A stretch of DNA of 64,000 bases, taken from the NCBI GenBank assembly GCA_050084515.1, contig CM114271.1:40300001-40364000 (forward strand). The letters run 5' to 3'. Under the pieces are notes generated by a model. The model was given only the letters and a program-made list of their open reading frames with translations. It did not search any database and had not been told where the DNA came from. The translations under genes were made by a program, and so were the position numbers. Positions 1 through 13,649 of this stretch are shown piece after piece. Source of the stretch: Blasia pusilla. Lineage: Eukaryota. Positions within the stretch are counted from its first letter, which is position 1; each line of letters begins with the position of its first letter.

Positions 1-760
1 CATGAAGGCTACACTCTCCTCCGCCATGTTGCGCTCAATGTTCTCGGCGGTCCTAAAAACATCTCTCAATGTAGGGAAGGTGTTCATAAGAAGCACCCCC
101 TCCCGCACGCGTGTCCGCAAGGTCCGGTCTAGCATCGCGTACTATGACTGGATAGCGTGAGCCCCCGTCATCCCCTGAGTGACATTGATAAACCGGCGCA
201 AGCGAGTGTAAGCCTCACGCAAACTCTCACCTGGGCGCCTCTGGAAGTCGTGGATGCTTCGCAACTTCTCCATCCGTACCCCTTGGTAGCTCGCCCTCAA
301 CTCAGCAAAGAACTCAACCACAGGGTTGAACCTGGGACGAACCCGACTAGATGATGCAACTGCTCTAGTGCGAGTGACCCCTCCTAAAAAATCACTAGTG
401 GAAGAGGAAGAAGCCTCTCCTGACTCCTCCTCCTAATCTGGGAATGGCTCCGTCCATGACACATAGAGTGGGTCATATTTGAGTCGCCATGCCTCAATCT
501 CTTGGGCATATCTATGGGAGAACTCATGGTAATCGTCCATAGGCGCCCCCTCTAAATGTTGGAACATACCGTTCCATGCTGTAAATGGGTTGAACTTTCT
601 AGAGTTCTTAGCCCGCTGGGAGTCGCACCAACTCCTAAAATTTGCTATGAAATCGTGCAACTCAATCGTGCCTACTCCACCTCAAAACCTACGCGATCCT
701 CTACCCCGATCGTCCATCTCGTACACCCAATTGGTAGGACCACTCACAATGTATGGTGAT
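1..760 (-). pseudogene. gag: retrotransposon Gag (capsid), degenerate
   Basis: Peptides LHDFIANFRSWCDSQ...GMFQHLEGAPMDDY and DEKLRSIHDFQRRPGESLREAYTRLRRF...LRDVFRTAENIE resemble the retrotransposon gag major-homology region. Stops and frameshifts are present. Confidence 0.7.
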
Positions 761-3004
761 GTGCTCACAAACTCCTCTACACCCTCCCCCTCGTCTGACG
801 ATGACACAGAAGGAGGTCGAGGTGGTCCCTCACGTGGAGACCCTCGGAACCTCGTGGCACTCTCGGGTTCACCACCTCGCCTCTCAAAGTCCCAAACGGA
901 CGTCATGATGACCCTCGTGCTCCTCTCACCCGATCACTCTCAACCTCGCAAGTATCCCTCAATCACTCATTCCAAACATGCGGCACTCGATCTACACTCT
1001 CCCTCCGCGAGACGTGTAACGTGCGGCAACACGCGGCGTGGTGCGGCAAATCGACCAGGCTATCATCTCATCGACAAACTACCCTCAACTCCGGACATCC
1101 CACACAAGTCTATGTCCCCTAAACCACATATATGAATGATGCTCTCACCATCCACACAACCAAATATCCCCAAATAAACTACCCAAATCCCAAAATCCCT
1201 CACATGTGCAAGGTAAAGGACCAGAATGGGTAATTTGAACACATGTCGATGTCGCTCCTCAGCAAGTGCAAATCTTGACCCCAACTTGGTCGTGAAGACA
1301 ACTCCTCCAATCAGCAAGTTGTACTCCTCTCGTACTGACATTGCTCAACCTCCTTGATGTGCGGTGGAGGTTGAGCGGTCCGGTGCGACACTGGCGGAAC
1401 ATAACGGCTACAAACATCATGGCACTCGGGAAGAATGGGATGCGGCACTCGGCGGCATACCCTCCTCAATCAACAATTCACACGCTCTGCTCCTTAGTGA
1501 AGGAGCGGTTCCGCGATCGAGACGGTACGGTGCGGCCACAAGCAGCATGGCGCAGCAATCGGTGGTGTATTGCGGCTACGGGCATCATGACACGGTACTC
1601 GATCGTCGTCGAGCGGCTACCAATCACAACATAGCAACATGAAATCAAAACTCAAACACCATAACCGGAGGTCATCTGCCATCACTGGTTGATGACGAAA
1701 CTACGATGATAATGGCGGCCAAAACAAAATACATGGTGGTGACGCAAGTCAGAGAATCAACGAACGTCGTGAAAGACCTTCCACTCCGTGATGGCGGCAA
1801 TGGCAACCAAAGGGTGGAGAACGGACGGTGGACCGTTAATGGTGATGGCTGACCATTGATGGTGATGGCCAACCAATGATAGTGGCGGTGATGGTTGACC
1901 GTTGATGGTGACTATGACGGCGACGGCCGCGGCCAACGTGGCGGCTCGTTTAGGGTTTGAAGAATTTAACCCTAAAAAATTTCCTACCAATGGTAGTTTT
2001 GCAAGATTGAATGTGACTTTTTGTTCGCAACTCCAAATTACACATTGTTTGTTGCACAGCGTGCATAACTTCATGATCTACGACAACGTCAAAAAATATT
2101 TAGAATCGGACATTCCAATAAAAATTGACGGGGACTGTTGTAAAGCCCAATGTCTCTTTCTCCTACACAAAATTCAAAAGCGCTTCCGCGCTGATTTCTC
2201 CCAACGAAACTGTAAAACCTGTAAAAATACAAATCAGCAAGCTACATGGTGCTCTCAAGAGCGCCGGCATGGGGCAATCCGCCCCCATAAGTAATCCCTA
2301 TCAGAAATTGGGCAGCGCTTCCGTGCGCCATTCTTCCACACAAAAAATAGGCAAATGCAAAGAACAATCAAAGCAGCCCTTGCTCCGGTGAGCACTCCCA
2401 TGACCCGCTGAACAGGGAACACGGTCCCCAACCTATAAAAATAGTGAGTGACCAGCGAGCTCCCCCATGAAGCTCTCTCATTCTCTGTTTGTAAAGTAAG
2501 ATCCAATCTCTCTCTACACCATCTCACACCATAGCTCTCAAAGGTGTGCGCTTTCTCTCATGTCAAACCAAACCCACTCTCCTAATGAGAGGCTTGGGTT
2601 ACACTCATAAGGCAAGGGACCATAGCTCCCCCGCCTTATGCCAAGAGGTTCAACAAAGAGAGAATGAGCTCACAAACTCTCTCTCTTGGAGGTATATCCC
2701 CTTCCCTCTCCCAAGCCCTCTCAACAGTAACCTATGCTTGCAGGTCACCTCCTTGGCTCTTGACCTGCTGTAGCGGGTCAAGGGCCACTTCCCAAACTAG
2801 AAAGTCAAATATCCCCAATATGGAAACTTACCCAAAATAGTAAGTTTCTATATATGACTCCAAATGAGCCGAAACGAAGGGGAAATCTGCTCTCTCAAGT
2901 TTCTCGGGGCCTCAACAGATCATCCTCGACCTCCTGGGCCTGTCCTCCACTACTCGTGCAGACGCTTTGCTAGATCCCATCGATCTATCCTAACAGTCGT
3001 GACA
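1..3004 (-). mobile_element. Ty3/gypsy LTR retrotransposon, 5' part (continues beyond window start)
   Basis: The minus strand begins TGTCACGACTGTTAGGATAGAT at 3004, and gag-like peptides lie at 1-760. The terminal ~70 bp (2934-3004) closely match the terminus of the element ending at 52184. The LTR/PBS boundary was not resolved. Confidence 0.75.
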
Positions 3005-3810
3005 GATCTCTGATATTGAAAAATTACTACTTGAATTCAACCCAACCTTTACATGGAAGGATGCACCCGTTGAGTGTGCCCAATTCTTTCACCCACGCCT
3101 CCACACATTTTTGGCTCAATTCATTTTTTGTGGGCCATGTGTTCTTGGTAAAATAGTAGAGTGCATCATCAGATATGAGATATAAGGCAAGGGTAGCTTA
3201 CATTGTCATATAATATTTTGGGTTGAGAGTAAAGATATTGAACGAGTTACTTCAAAAATATGTGCTTATATTCCACATTCACCACATCCTCCTACATCTG
3301 ATTCACTTCCACTCAATTATTCTACATGTTCTTCCTGTTTGCGAGCATATGTTATGAATAAGCAACTTCACAAATGTAAGGATGGTGTTTGCATAATACG
3401 CAAAAAAAAGGACCAGCGACCTTTCTGTCGTATGGGCTTTCCAGCTGATGTTAACACTTCACAAATTCCTTTCATTCACCCTAAGACTATGCGTTGGGCA
3501 TACTATAGGCCTACTACTCAACATAGGAATGTCATTCCATACCATCTAGTTATCTTACTTCTCTAGGATGCCCATATGAACATCCAGCGTGTCACCAATA
3601 TGGACTGGTCTTTCTACTTACTAAAGTATGCCCTAAAGTCTGAGCCAACATGATCTCTTGATATATGTAATGAATCTGATCGTTACCTTGGCCTAGAAGG
3701 ACTAGATGAAGTACGTCTCAGACTTATATCTGGGGTAGTACTCAATAGATCTGTATCATCCACTGAAGCTGCTCTCACAGCATTACAAATCCCAATTATT
3801 TTCCGTTCTC
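3005..3810 (+). pseudogene. Helitron2/Helentron-type HUH Rep domain remnant
   Basis: Peptides DAPVECAQFFHPRLHTF...LGKIVECIIRYEI*GKGSLHCHIIFW (HUH at ~3201-3209), HKCKDGVC...CRMGFP and NVIPYHLVILLL*DAHMNIQRV...YLLKYALKSEP (YxxKY). There are in-frame stops and no helicase follows. Confidence 0.7.
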
Positions 3811-6560
3811 AATGTGTCAAGAAACTACTCTCACACGCTCTCAAGAAAACCGTCTTTTCTCACTTGCATCGGGAGGAATCAGGCTAGACCAGTTAAGGCC
3901 ACTCCGCCATGAATTCCGTCTATCATTTCACATGCTAATTGAACTCAGTTCAGTCAAAGCCTCCCAGCTACTAGCACGCATGAAATTGGCGCAGAGTAAT
4001 GGTGATCTGCCAGAACTCCCAATCATACCTCTGGATTCCAGCAAGTCTAGTACAATTCCCATCCTTCCAGAATTTGAATTGCCTTCAGCACAGAACCCTA
4101 AGACCACTCCATACATTAACAACAATATGGTGAACTCCCCAAGTAAGCGCAAATGCACTTGATTTTATCAGGTATGCTACTTCTCTCTTACAATTTTTTC
4201 ACTCCTTTCCATGCAAGTCCCTTATGACATCTCCATTTCCTATCTCTCTTCTTTTCGTCCATGATCTACTTTCCACTTACCTCTCCACTATTTTTTCCTT
4301 CTGTGTAGGTTCATGGATCATCTCTTCTCACTTCACTATGCTTCACTTCAAATTTACAAATTAAACTCTTACTCTTTCAAATTTTACCTCTCAATCTGAA
4401 CTGATTATATTCCCCCAATTTCCATTTCTAATTTCAACTTCAATTTCACTTTTTCCCTTGCTTTTGGCTACTTCATCTACATTCTGATTCTCTTCTCTTC
4501 ATAGCATTGTCACCGTTTCACAAGATGCTTCTTTTTTCATTGTCTCCATGTGGTTTGCATTATTAGCCGATCTTTCTTTCTATGCCCTCTATTTCATTAT
4601 ACTTTACTTCTCCTTTTGTGTTCTTTCCCCACACTTCACTATGCGTATCTGAAAAATAATAGAACATCAACTTTCACTTTCGCACATTGCACAAGCACAA
4701 GTACCATCTTTTCTACATGATGTTTGCCTTTCATTACACATATACAACTTCATTTCTACTAGATTTGCCTTCTCATTCTTTCTGACACTACTTCTTTCCT
4801 ACACTTGCTCTAAATTTTCTCCTTTCAATGGCAAATATGTTTGCAGATTCGCTACAGGAACCCATCCAGGAGAGCTCAGCATGCTACATCATCTTCTGGA
4901 CTTTCTACTTCCAACTATGTTCCAATACAGGTCCATGAGCAACTTTAGTCGAACCTGTATGAAGCTGAGTCTGAAGTTGGCAGATTGGAGAATGAGTTAA
5001 ATTTGCGTGGCGATCTTCTGTCATCTCTCTATAAAGAGATTGACCATCAAAAGGAGACTCCACAGTACTACACTGAGAAGTTGAAAGATTCCAGAAAATA
5101 CCTCAAAGACTTCTTGGCTGATATTCGCCCAATGATTGTTGAAAACCCAAGGCTTTCATTACAGGCCAACATAATTCAGTCATTACTACGTCAATAGAAT
5201 ATTCTAAATTCTTCTACCTATTAGCTTCTATTTTGTAATGCTACTACTATAGTATTCTACAAGGAGGAAAATTCTGCTCTACAAAATTTTTCGAGGGATA
5301 CTACTATACCACTGATTTTTCCATGATGATTGGGTTCCACTCTTAACTACAACATAAATTCAATTTTCCCACTGCGCACTTTCAATTTTATCTACTCTTT
5401 TCTAAATTTTGTATGTCTTATTAATTTCCTATCATGTACTTTGCTCCCTTTGCATTTTCTACCACAACATTTCACATGTTTCCATTGCAAATCTCCTTTT
5501 TCTTGTCTACTTTGCTTATGCTATATGTTCTTTTCAATTTCAGAACTTTTACTTTGTTCATGTCTACTTTGCATGTCTTTTGTTCCCTTTCTCTGTTATT
5601 CCGAATAAATCCTCTTTTACTCTGTTTCAAAATACTTCTTCCTCTTTTACTGGCACTATAAATATTCTTCAAGTTCATAATTTCCTCTTTCCTGTTCACT
5701 AAATTTCTTCTTTCCTGCTCTTTGCTTTTACTTTCCACGAATCCATAATTGCTGCATATCATATCCATGCACACATCTCTAATTCTTTTTTTCTTCTTTT
5801 CCTACACTGTATTCTTTTCTATTACTCTTTTACTTTTACTTTCGTGCTATGTACATCCATTTTTTGCTATTGCTTTACTGCTGTTTTTCAACTCCTACAG
5901 TTGGATTTCTCGACTTTTATTACTTCCACTTTCCTATTACATACACTCATTTCAATCTATTCCTCTACTACTGCATTTCAGATGATTCCATGACATCTCT
6001 TTTTCTTTTTGTACCTCCTTTACCTACACTAAATCTTCTTACCATGTTCATGGATTTGGTTCCCTTTTGCTCTCTGCATTCACATTAAATACAGTAGACA
6101 TGTTTATGCAAAGAGTAAGAGAACTAATGAAAGGAATTCTAATCTCCTATGCTTACAGTAGTTTCAGTACCATCTCCATCCATATTCTCATGCATTTCTG
6201 CATTTTACTCATGCCCTATTAACCATATTCATTTCACAATCCACTTTCCGTCTCTTGCCTCACATGAATCCAATCATTTCAACTCATATGAACAGTACCA
6301 TTTTATTTTTTACATCATTCATTAATACTATCTTCCATCTTTGGCCCTTCCAAAACAACCATCAATGGTCAATACCCACACTCTATCAATTTTTTCACAT
6401 CGAAGTATCTTCCATCTTTCCTCCTCTCATTTATTTCCTCCACCTTCCCATATCTCTAACTAGTAAGGTGCCCGTGTGATGCACATGTGCAAGAGGGAAT
6501 ACAAAAGATGCAAATAGGCATGAAGGAAAAAAATTCTGATCTGATTTTTAAATATTTATT

Positions 6561-9500
6561 TTATCCAAGAATTTCTTTATATACTACATTCCGTGTACAG
6601 TCACCTTCCTTATTTGAATGTTCATCGCTTCCAATTGTAATGTGGATAGAACTCCTCTTCCCTACTCTAGATAATGCTACATACAATTGGCCATGAGAAA
6701 ATACTGGAGTAGGCAAGTAAATGCCCACCTTTTGCAAAGTTTGACCTTGGGACTTATTGATAGTCATAGCAAAAGTCGGTCGAATAGGGAATTGAAACCT
6801 ACGTAAATCAAATGGCAAACCTGAATCTGATCCAATCAATGGGATACGTGGAATAAAAATTCGATCTCGAATATTCTTCCTTGTGATAATTTCAGCATCT
6901 ATGCAATGTTGCATAAATCCACGAATCACCAATCTTGTCCCGTTTGCTTGTCCATGTGTTGCATTCATGTTTTGTAACAGCATGATTGGTGCCCCATTCT
7001 TCAAACACAATCGGTGCGGAGGAAGTCCTGAAGGCAAGCATGTGTTCAAAAATTCAGTTGGATATATATGAGTCATCCCCTCGTTTGGAATAGAGTCGAC
7101 GCTGAGGTAAACTTGCTCCTGTACACAAAATATAATGAGTTTGTAAGAAAAGGTAATATTAATATCCAAACTTGTAATTGAATAACTCTTTTATAAAATT
7201 GAAAGGGATTACCTCTCCTGGAAACCGCGAACATTACGCTTGCATTTATGTCATCTACATCTTGATTTCTTAGAGTCAAAATTACCTTATCTCTCAAGAA
7301 ATCAATGTCATTGAATTCGGATGGAAAATTTTGATATATCAAATCAATAAGATCACATATCTTATTACTTCTAGTAACAATTTTAGATGGTAATTATATA
7401 AAATTTTCTCCCAAATGTGGATGCAAAGGTATACGACCCTCTCTCACTTCTAATAACCAATCAGCAAAAGCTTGTTGTTCACTACGCAAGTGACCTTCCA
7501 ACCTCTGAACTCGCATGTTTGTAGTCAACTTCATGACCTTTACATTAGACCAAAGAGATGACCTCTTTATGGTGGCTTGGATGATTTGCGGCCGATCCCC
7601 ATGACGAACAACAGGCAACACTTGACGAAAATCACCACCAAATACCATAATTTTTCCACCAAATGGTAATTGTCGGTGTTCATCAAAAACAACTCCCATA
7701 ATATCTTGTAAAGTCCGATTTACAGCCTCAAATGCGTGACGATGAGCCATAGGAGCTTCATCCCATATAATAAGCATTGCATCACGGATTAAGCGCGCTC
7801 CATCACTATTAACCGACAAACTACAGTAAGAAAAGGGGAGTAAATTAGAACTTGTGCCACCATAATTGGAGGAAATTAAAATTTTTGCATCACCAGAATT
7901 GGCACTTACTTGCAAGTAGAGCTCTCATGAAGATTGATGGGGATTTTGAATCGCGAATGTGCAGTACGTCCTCCGTCTAACAATAGAGCAGCTATTCCAG
8001 ATGACGCCACAGCCAAAGCTATACCTCTTGCACTCCTTACACTTGCAAGAAGAATATTATATAAAAATGTTTTTCCCGTTCCACCTGGGCCATCGATGAA
8101 AAAGACTTTTGGAGATGGTGGAGCATCCAAGCATATTTTATCAAGCTCATCATGTATAGCATCCCAAATAATACGTTGTCCTTCATTTAGACATGCTTCT
8201 CCTAATTGCACTTGCTCAAATAGTTCTTCCGTATCATACAAAAGCTCTTGTTCCTCCAAATATGAATTTGATTGAAGTCGTTGGAAGTCAGGTTGGGGCA
8301 TGTCTGGAAAGTCTGACAGTCTTTTTCCTTGATCTTGTAAATAATAATGGACTTCCAACAATGCAGTATTAACCATAGCATCTTCAACGGGAAGATTAGG
8401 AATTCCAATTTTCTACAAAATAGGATGATAACCCAAAATTTGTTAGACTGTTGAATGCTCAATAGAAGATACTATTAAGAATAAAAAAAATATGCAAGGA
8501 TATTAATGAATTCTTACCAGACGCCGTTCATATAAGAAATCTTCTACCATTGGAACCAAGGATTGACTCCAAAGTGTTGCAGGTTGAGCATGAGTGTTGT
8601 ACGCTAGAATAATTGCAAATAGGCGACGAAGTGAAGAACCTGTACGAATTGTAGAAGCTTCTTCAAAGCAAGAGAACACTTCCCTATCATCCTCTAGAAG
8701 TCCCAATTGGATAGAAGCCTCCTTGAATGTTGGACATAATATCCCATTAACAGTTCTCAAACATTCATACGTAGTTGCTCCTCGAACATGATGGAGAAAT
8801 AATCTCAACCAATGACGTTCTCCTTCACCCATGAGGAATTAAACTAAATGAGTTTATCCAAACATATAGATACATTGCTTTAGAGGTGGAATATAAAAGG
8901 AATTATGTACAAAGAAGTTGTGAGCATTTACCTGGATGAGTAAGGTATAAGCGACCAATGGGATGGCCACAACCATTTTGTTTTTGTCCCCTACAAATCC
9001 ATCTCTTGTTACTCCAACGATAATAAGAAGGAAAATCTATGTATAGATATTTTCAAGCGCTGGAGTTAGATAGATTGGTTGCAAACCATTGGGTCAATGT
9101 TGTCTCTCTTTTTCGTTGCAAAATATCTCCAGGAGCGTCAACATCATTGAAGTAGACTAATTGTTGTTCTGGAAGATGGACTGCTAGTCATACGATACTT
9201 GGAAGTTCAGCATGTAGACTAAACTTAAAGAGACGCCAACATGCTTCCGAAGAAGATATATATTTGGAATAATGAGAATTCCAAGTATTTGAGTGAGAAA
9301 TTATATGAGAAGGACTCTCCTATAATTACATGAAGTTGAGAAATAAAATATAATGCATCAGAGAAGTCAATCCATAAAATCATACCTCGCATCAAGATAT
9401 AACGTTGTCTCGTCAATAACTTCGATTACATTGGATGTATCCATATCCTTTGACAACTTAGATGACACGGCATCAAATCCTTTATAAACATATTTGTATA

Positions 9501-12500
9501 AGTACTTGACAGCAGAAATACTACTTGTAATCTCCAAATTAATGTGACAATCAAATAGGGTGCATAACATCGGATTGTAAGGTACAACCCAACGATTATC
9601 CAATGAATGTTCGCTCTTAATTATTGCCCTTCCATTCTCCAATCTACAAAAATACAATAACAATCGTAATTAATCATGAATGAATGTATTAGAGGAATCA
9701 TGAATACATATGCCTAAAAAATAAAAGGGTCCTTACCTACGATATATCGGATAACCATCTTCTGTTTCGGTCGTGTTGGCCGCAAAAGCTTTAGGATAGC
9801 CTTTTGTACATTTTTTTGTTTCCTTATCCATACACGGAGCATTTGGATTTAATGGTCCACATGGACCGTGAACCATGCAATTAGCAATGGTAGAATACAA
9901 CCTTGGATGGGTAGATTGATCAGGGATTTCAGCTGAAATGATACGATCATAATCACTTGTGGTACGTGGTTTATCCTCACGACCTAAAATAATAAGGACA
10001 TGCACATGCGGTAATCCTCTTTTATGGAATTCCACCACATGGATGCATCCTACAACTTGGCCTAATATCTGATTCTTGATGATAAGTCGTAACAACTCCT
10101 TCTTTTTCTTCTCAAAAACCCGCACAACCAAATCTGGTCTGTCTGCAGCTGATTGGCTCGGTAATAGGGCTGAAGTAATCTCCTTCCACTTTGGATTGCA
10201 TGTAATGGTTAAGAAGTAGTCAGGCTCCCAAAATTTCGTACAATTGCCATTGCATCCTGATACAATTGATGCATATGACGTGGCCCTCCAGTAAAAGAAG
10301 AAGGTAATATAATTCGTTTCCCAAGCCTTCGGCTATCCGCATCTTGTCGATGCATGGCATCCTATACACCTTGATATAATTCAGCCCTCAACTCCTTCTG
10401 ATTTAAGCGCACCCATGATAATCGTTGCATTTCCACAGTGGCATAGAGGTCAACCATATATTCTTGAGTAAGTCGACAAAGCCGCAATAAGCGATTGTCA
10501 TCTTCTCCTCCAAACTGAGTTTGAAGTCGAAAACATGCAAATTGCAAGGCCGTAACACATTTTGTTCTTCTTTCCTCAAAAATATCACCATAAACTATGT
10601 CCTCATCCATGCAATCATCTGCAGGTTCAGGATGTGCCTCCTCTCCATGAATAATGTGGCCCAATCGTCGGGATTCCCTACAACCTTCAATTCGCCCAAA
10701 GGGTATTCCAGGATGCCAACCTGCATCACCATAGATAAATAACAAAACAAAGTGTAAGGGAATATATGCTTCGTTGAGGTCGGACATACGTTTGACTCCT
10801 CCTCCATGTAGTCGTACAATTATATCACGATGCTCAACGTGTTCACTTCCATCACCCGGCAAAATAGCAGCAACTTCAGATGCAATTGGTAAGTTATAAC
10901 GCCTTGCATCAAGTCCTCTCTTACTTGCCTTGAGGATAATCCGCACATTAAGATCACTTGCTTCATATGCCATATGACGAAAGATCTTCACATATGGATT
11001 GCATTCATGTAACATGTCTTGAAGACCTTTCAAAATATCCATATTAAGAATAGAAGATGTAGACATAACTCTAGCACGATTTTCCAATTCATTTGCAGTA
11101 TCATGGATGTATAGTTGAGCAAATTGAGGATGTCCCCCAATATCAGGATGTAAAGGTCCAATGGAATGATAGATCCCGCCTTGGACCCTAAAGTGTCCAG
11201 AGCCACCAATTTGTTCGTTTACATATACCCCGGTAGATGCAAGTTGAAGTGCCGAATTATAAGCTCGAGCATGTGTAAGAAAATGAACGCTTCTAGGACC
11301 AACACCCGAAATCAAGGATTTCAGAAATGGAGGAGATGATCTCAAGAGAGGTAAGTATATTCTTCCATGGCCACAACACATGCCATATGGTGAGTCACCA
11401 AACTTACCTTTGACCACTTCACATTTCCAATACAAAGCACGACATGAGGGACATATCTCTGTCATAGAACCTAATGTATGACAACCGCTGGTACGATTCA
11501 AACTCCTTTGTAATCGCAACTTTCAAATATCACTTTCTTGAAAATTTGGCCTCCTTGCAAGATTGAGAGTTGTATTTAATCTTACAACTCTATCAAGGGT
11601 AGACGATGCACAAATTATAGAAGTGTTTGGTACAGGGGCACGTTGTGGAGATAACAAAACTCCATTAGGAGACATGGCATTTACTCTTGACCTTGATTCA
11701 TCCCCGAGTTGGGCAAAATTCGACGAATTGTTGAAAACTTCATCTAGAACAGGAATAGGAAGAGTGGTCGACGAAATGTCGAAAACTTCATCTTGAACTT
11801 GAATAGGAAGAGCGGTCGACGAATTTTTGACAACTTCATCTTGAATTGGAATAGGAGGAGTGGTAGGTAACTCAACTTGTGGTGGCCCAATCATGGATGT
11901 ATTCTCGATAACTTCATGAAATGCATTGTCAACTAACTTGAGTCTAGGTGATATATAAATATAATCCGTCGATTGTTCACTCACTTCTTGATTTTCTTCT
12001 ACTATTATTCCATCTTCATTTGAAGGCCTGAGAAAATATGTCAAAATATTGATAAGAATAAATAAAAATCAAATATGGAGTAAATCAAGTAGTTATGAAG
12101 TGAATAGTAGTTAGATATAGGTACCTATTCAATGGAATAGGTGCAATACTCTCACGCTGAACTTGACCACTAAGCCCTTTCCTTCTTTTTCTATACTCTC
12201 GATAGTAATTCCTCTTTTTTTCTTTGAGAGCTTCCATTCTATGAGCTTGAATAGCACGCTTTCATTTTTGGGCTTTGCCACATAGAACCTTCCGAAAGTC
12301 ACGTATATTGACAGGTTTCAATGGGATTGGAAGTCTGGAACAACACATGAATGTTAAAAGCTTACAAAATTAAATGAAAAGTCAATATTTGGTGGGAAAT
12401 TGGACAGGCTAAATAAACGTGGATGTAGTACACTTACGTTGGAGATGTTTCAGGTCGGAGTTCATCTTCGAGACGTGTTTTTTGAGCTAAGATTTCCTTG

Positions 12501-12610
12501 CGACGGACACGCCTTTTTTTGTTGTGCATTCGCACGCATCAATTTTCGGAAGTCACGCAAATCCGTAGGATTTGATGGAAGAGGAAGTGTGTGCAAAACT
12601 TGGGTTTAAT
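6561..12610 (-). pseudogene. Helitron Rep/PIF1 helicase (RepHel), multi-exon, disrupted
   Basis: Rep motifs VVEFHKRGLPHVH and KYLYKYVYKG. PIF1 motifs DGPGGTGKT, IIWDEAPM, GGDFRQVLPV, FAMTINKSQGQT and HGQLYVALSRV. Short GT-AG introns; in-frame stops (e.g. 10362, 11523) and a frameshift near 10228. Confidence 0.95.
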
Positions 12611-13649
12611 GCATGAGAAAAATATATTGTCGAGAAAATGGTATGTAAGGCATCATCATTGAAATGGAAATAAGGTGCTTAAGTCCCTACCCTAAGCAAA
12701 GGTTCTTACATTGGGGAGGTATTCTTCGATACTTCAATATGTCTTCCCGAACTTTGTTGCGAAATTGGCATATTTGTAATAATACCAAGTGGCCGTCTCT
12801 CCCTATTTAGTGACGATTCGCCAACACTCATCATCTACATGACACACAACGGAAGTATTGAGAATTGAAATAAAATGACCAAAAGAAGAAAGAATAAAAA
12901 GAAAAGAAAAGAAAAGAAAAGAGGAGAGAAGAGAAAGGAAATTAGTAAGGGAAATTTTTCATTTCCAATTTGATTTTCTTTAAAAATTATAAATTGAATG
13001 AAAAAAAAAAAATATGAAATTTATAAGATAAAATTTAGGAAAAGAAAAGAATTTAGGGAAGAAGAGTAAGGGGGGAGATTTATTTTAATAAAAATTACAA
13101 ATTGAAAGAAAAACAAAGAGAAAATGAAATTTATAAAATAAAATTTAGGGAAAGAAAAGAATTTAGGGAAGAAGAGTAAGGGGGAAGATTTATTTTAATT
13201 TTCTCAAAATTTAGAAATTGTAAATAATTGGGGAAAAATTGGGAAAAAAGGTTAAAAACGAGAAAATTACATTTAAAAAATTTTGTAAGGAAATTCATTA
13301 AAAAAAACCCAGGTTCCGTAGGCCTAACCTGGCCCTAACCTAACATTCCCAACCCTAGCCCTGAACCGAGCCCCGCCCCCGTGCATGCGCCGCCTTCGAA
13401 TCCTACGGTCGTTGTTTCCTGGCCGTCTTCCATCTAACGGCCAGGAAAAGGAGGCCGTTAGATGGTGCATCTGACGGCTCACGGCATGAGCCGTGAGCCG
13501 TCACCCACCCTACACCCTTCCCCCTTCCCCCTCCACCCTTCCCCCTACCCAATCCACTCCCTTCACTCCCACCCCCACTCTCAGTCTCTCGCCCTTGCGA
13601 GCTTGTCCGTCCGCCCTCCTCTCCGATCGCTCGCTCTCTGAGTGCGTCC

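Noticed and set aside
1650-1950. GATGGT/GATGGC-rich ORFs
   Set aside because: This is a short degenerate repeat in the retrotransposon leader, with no evidence of coding.
5330-6500. Many Phe/Leu-rich 'membrane protein' ORFs
   Set aside because: These are translations of T/C-rich low-complexity DNA in overlapping frames with no motifs.
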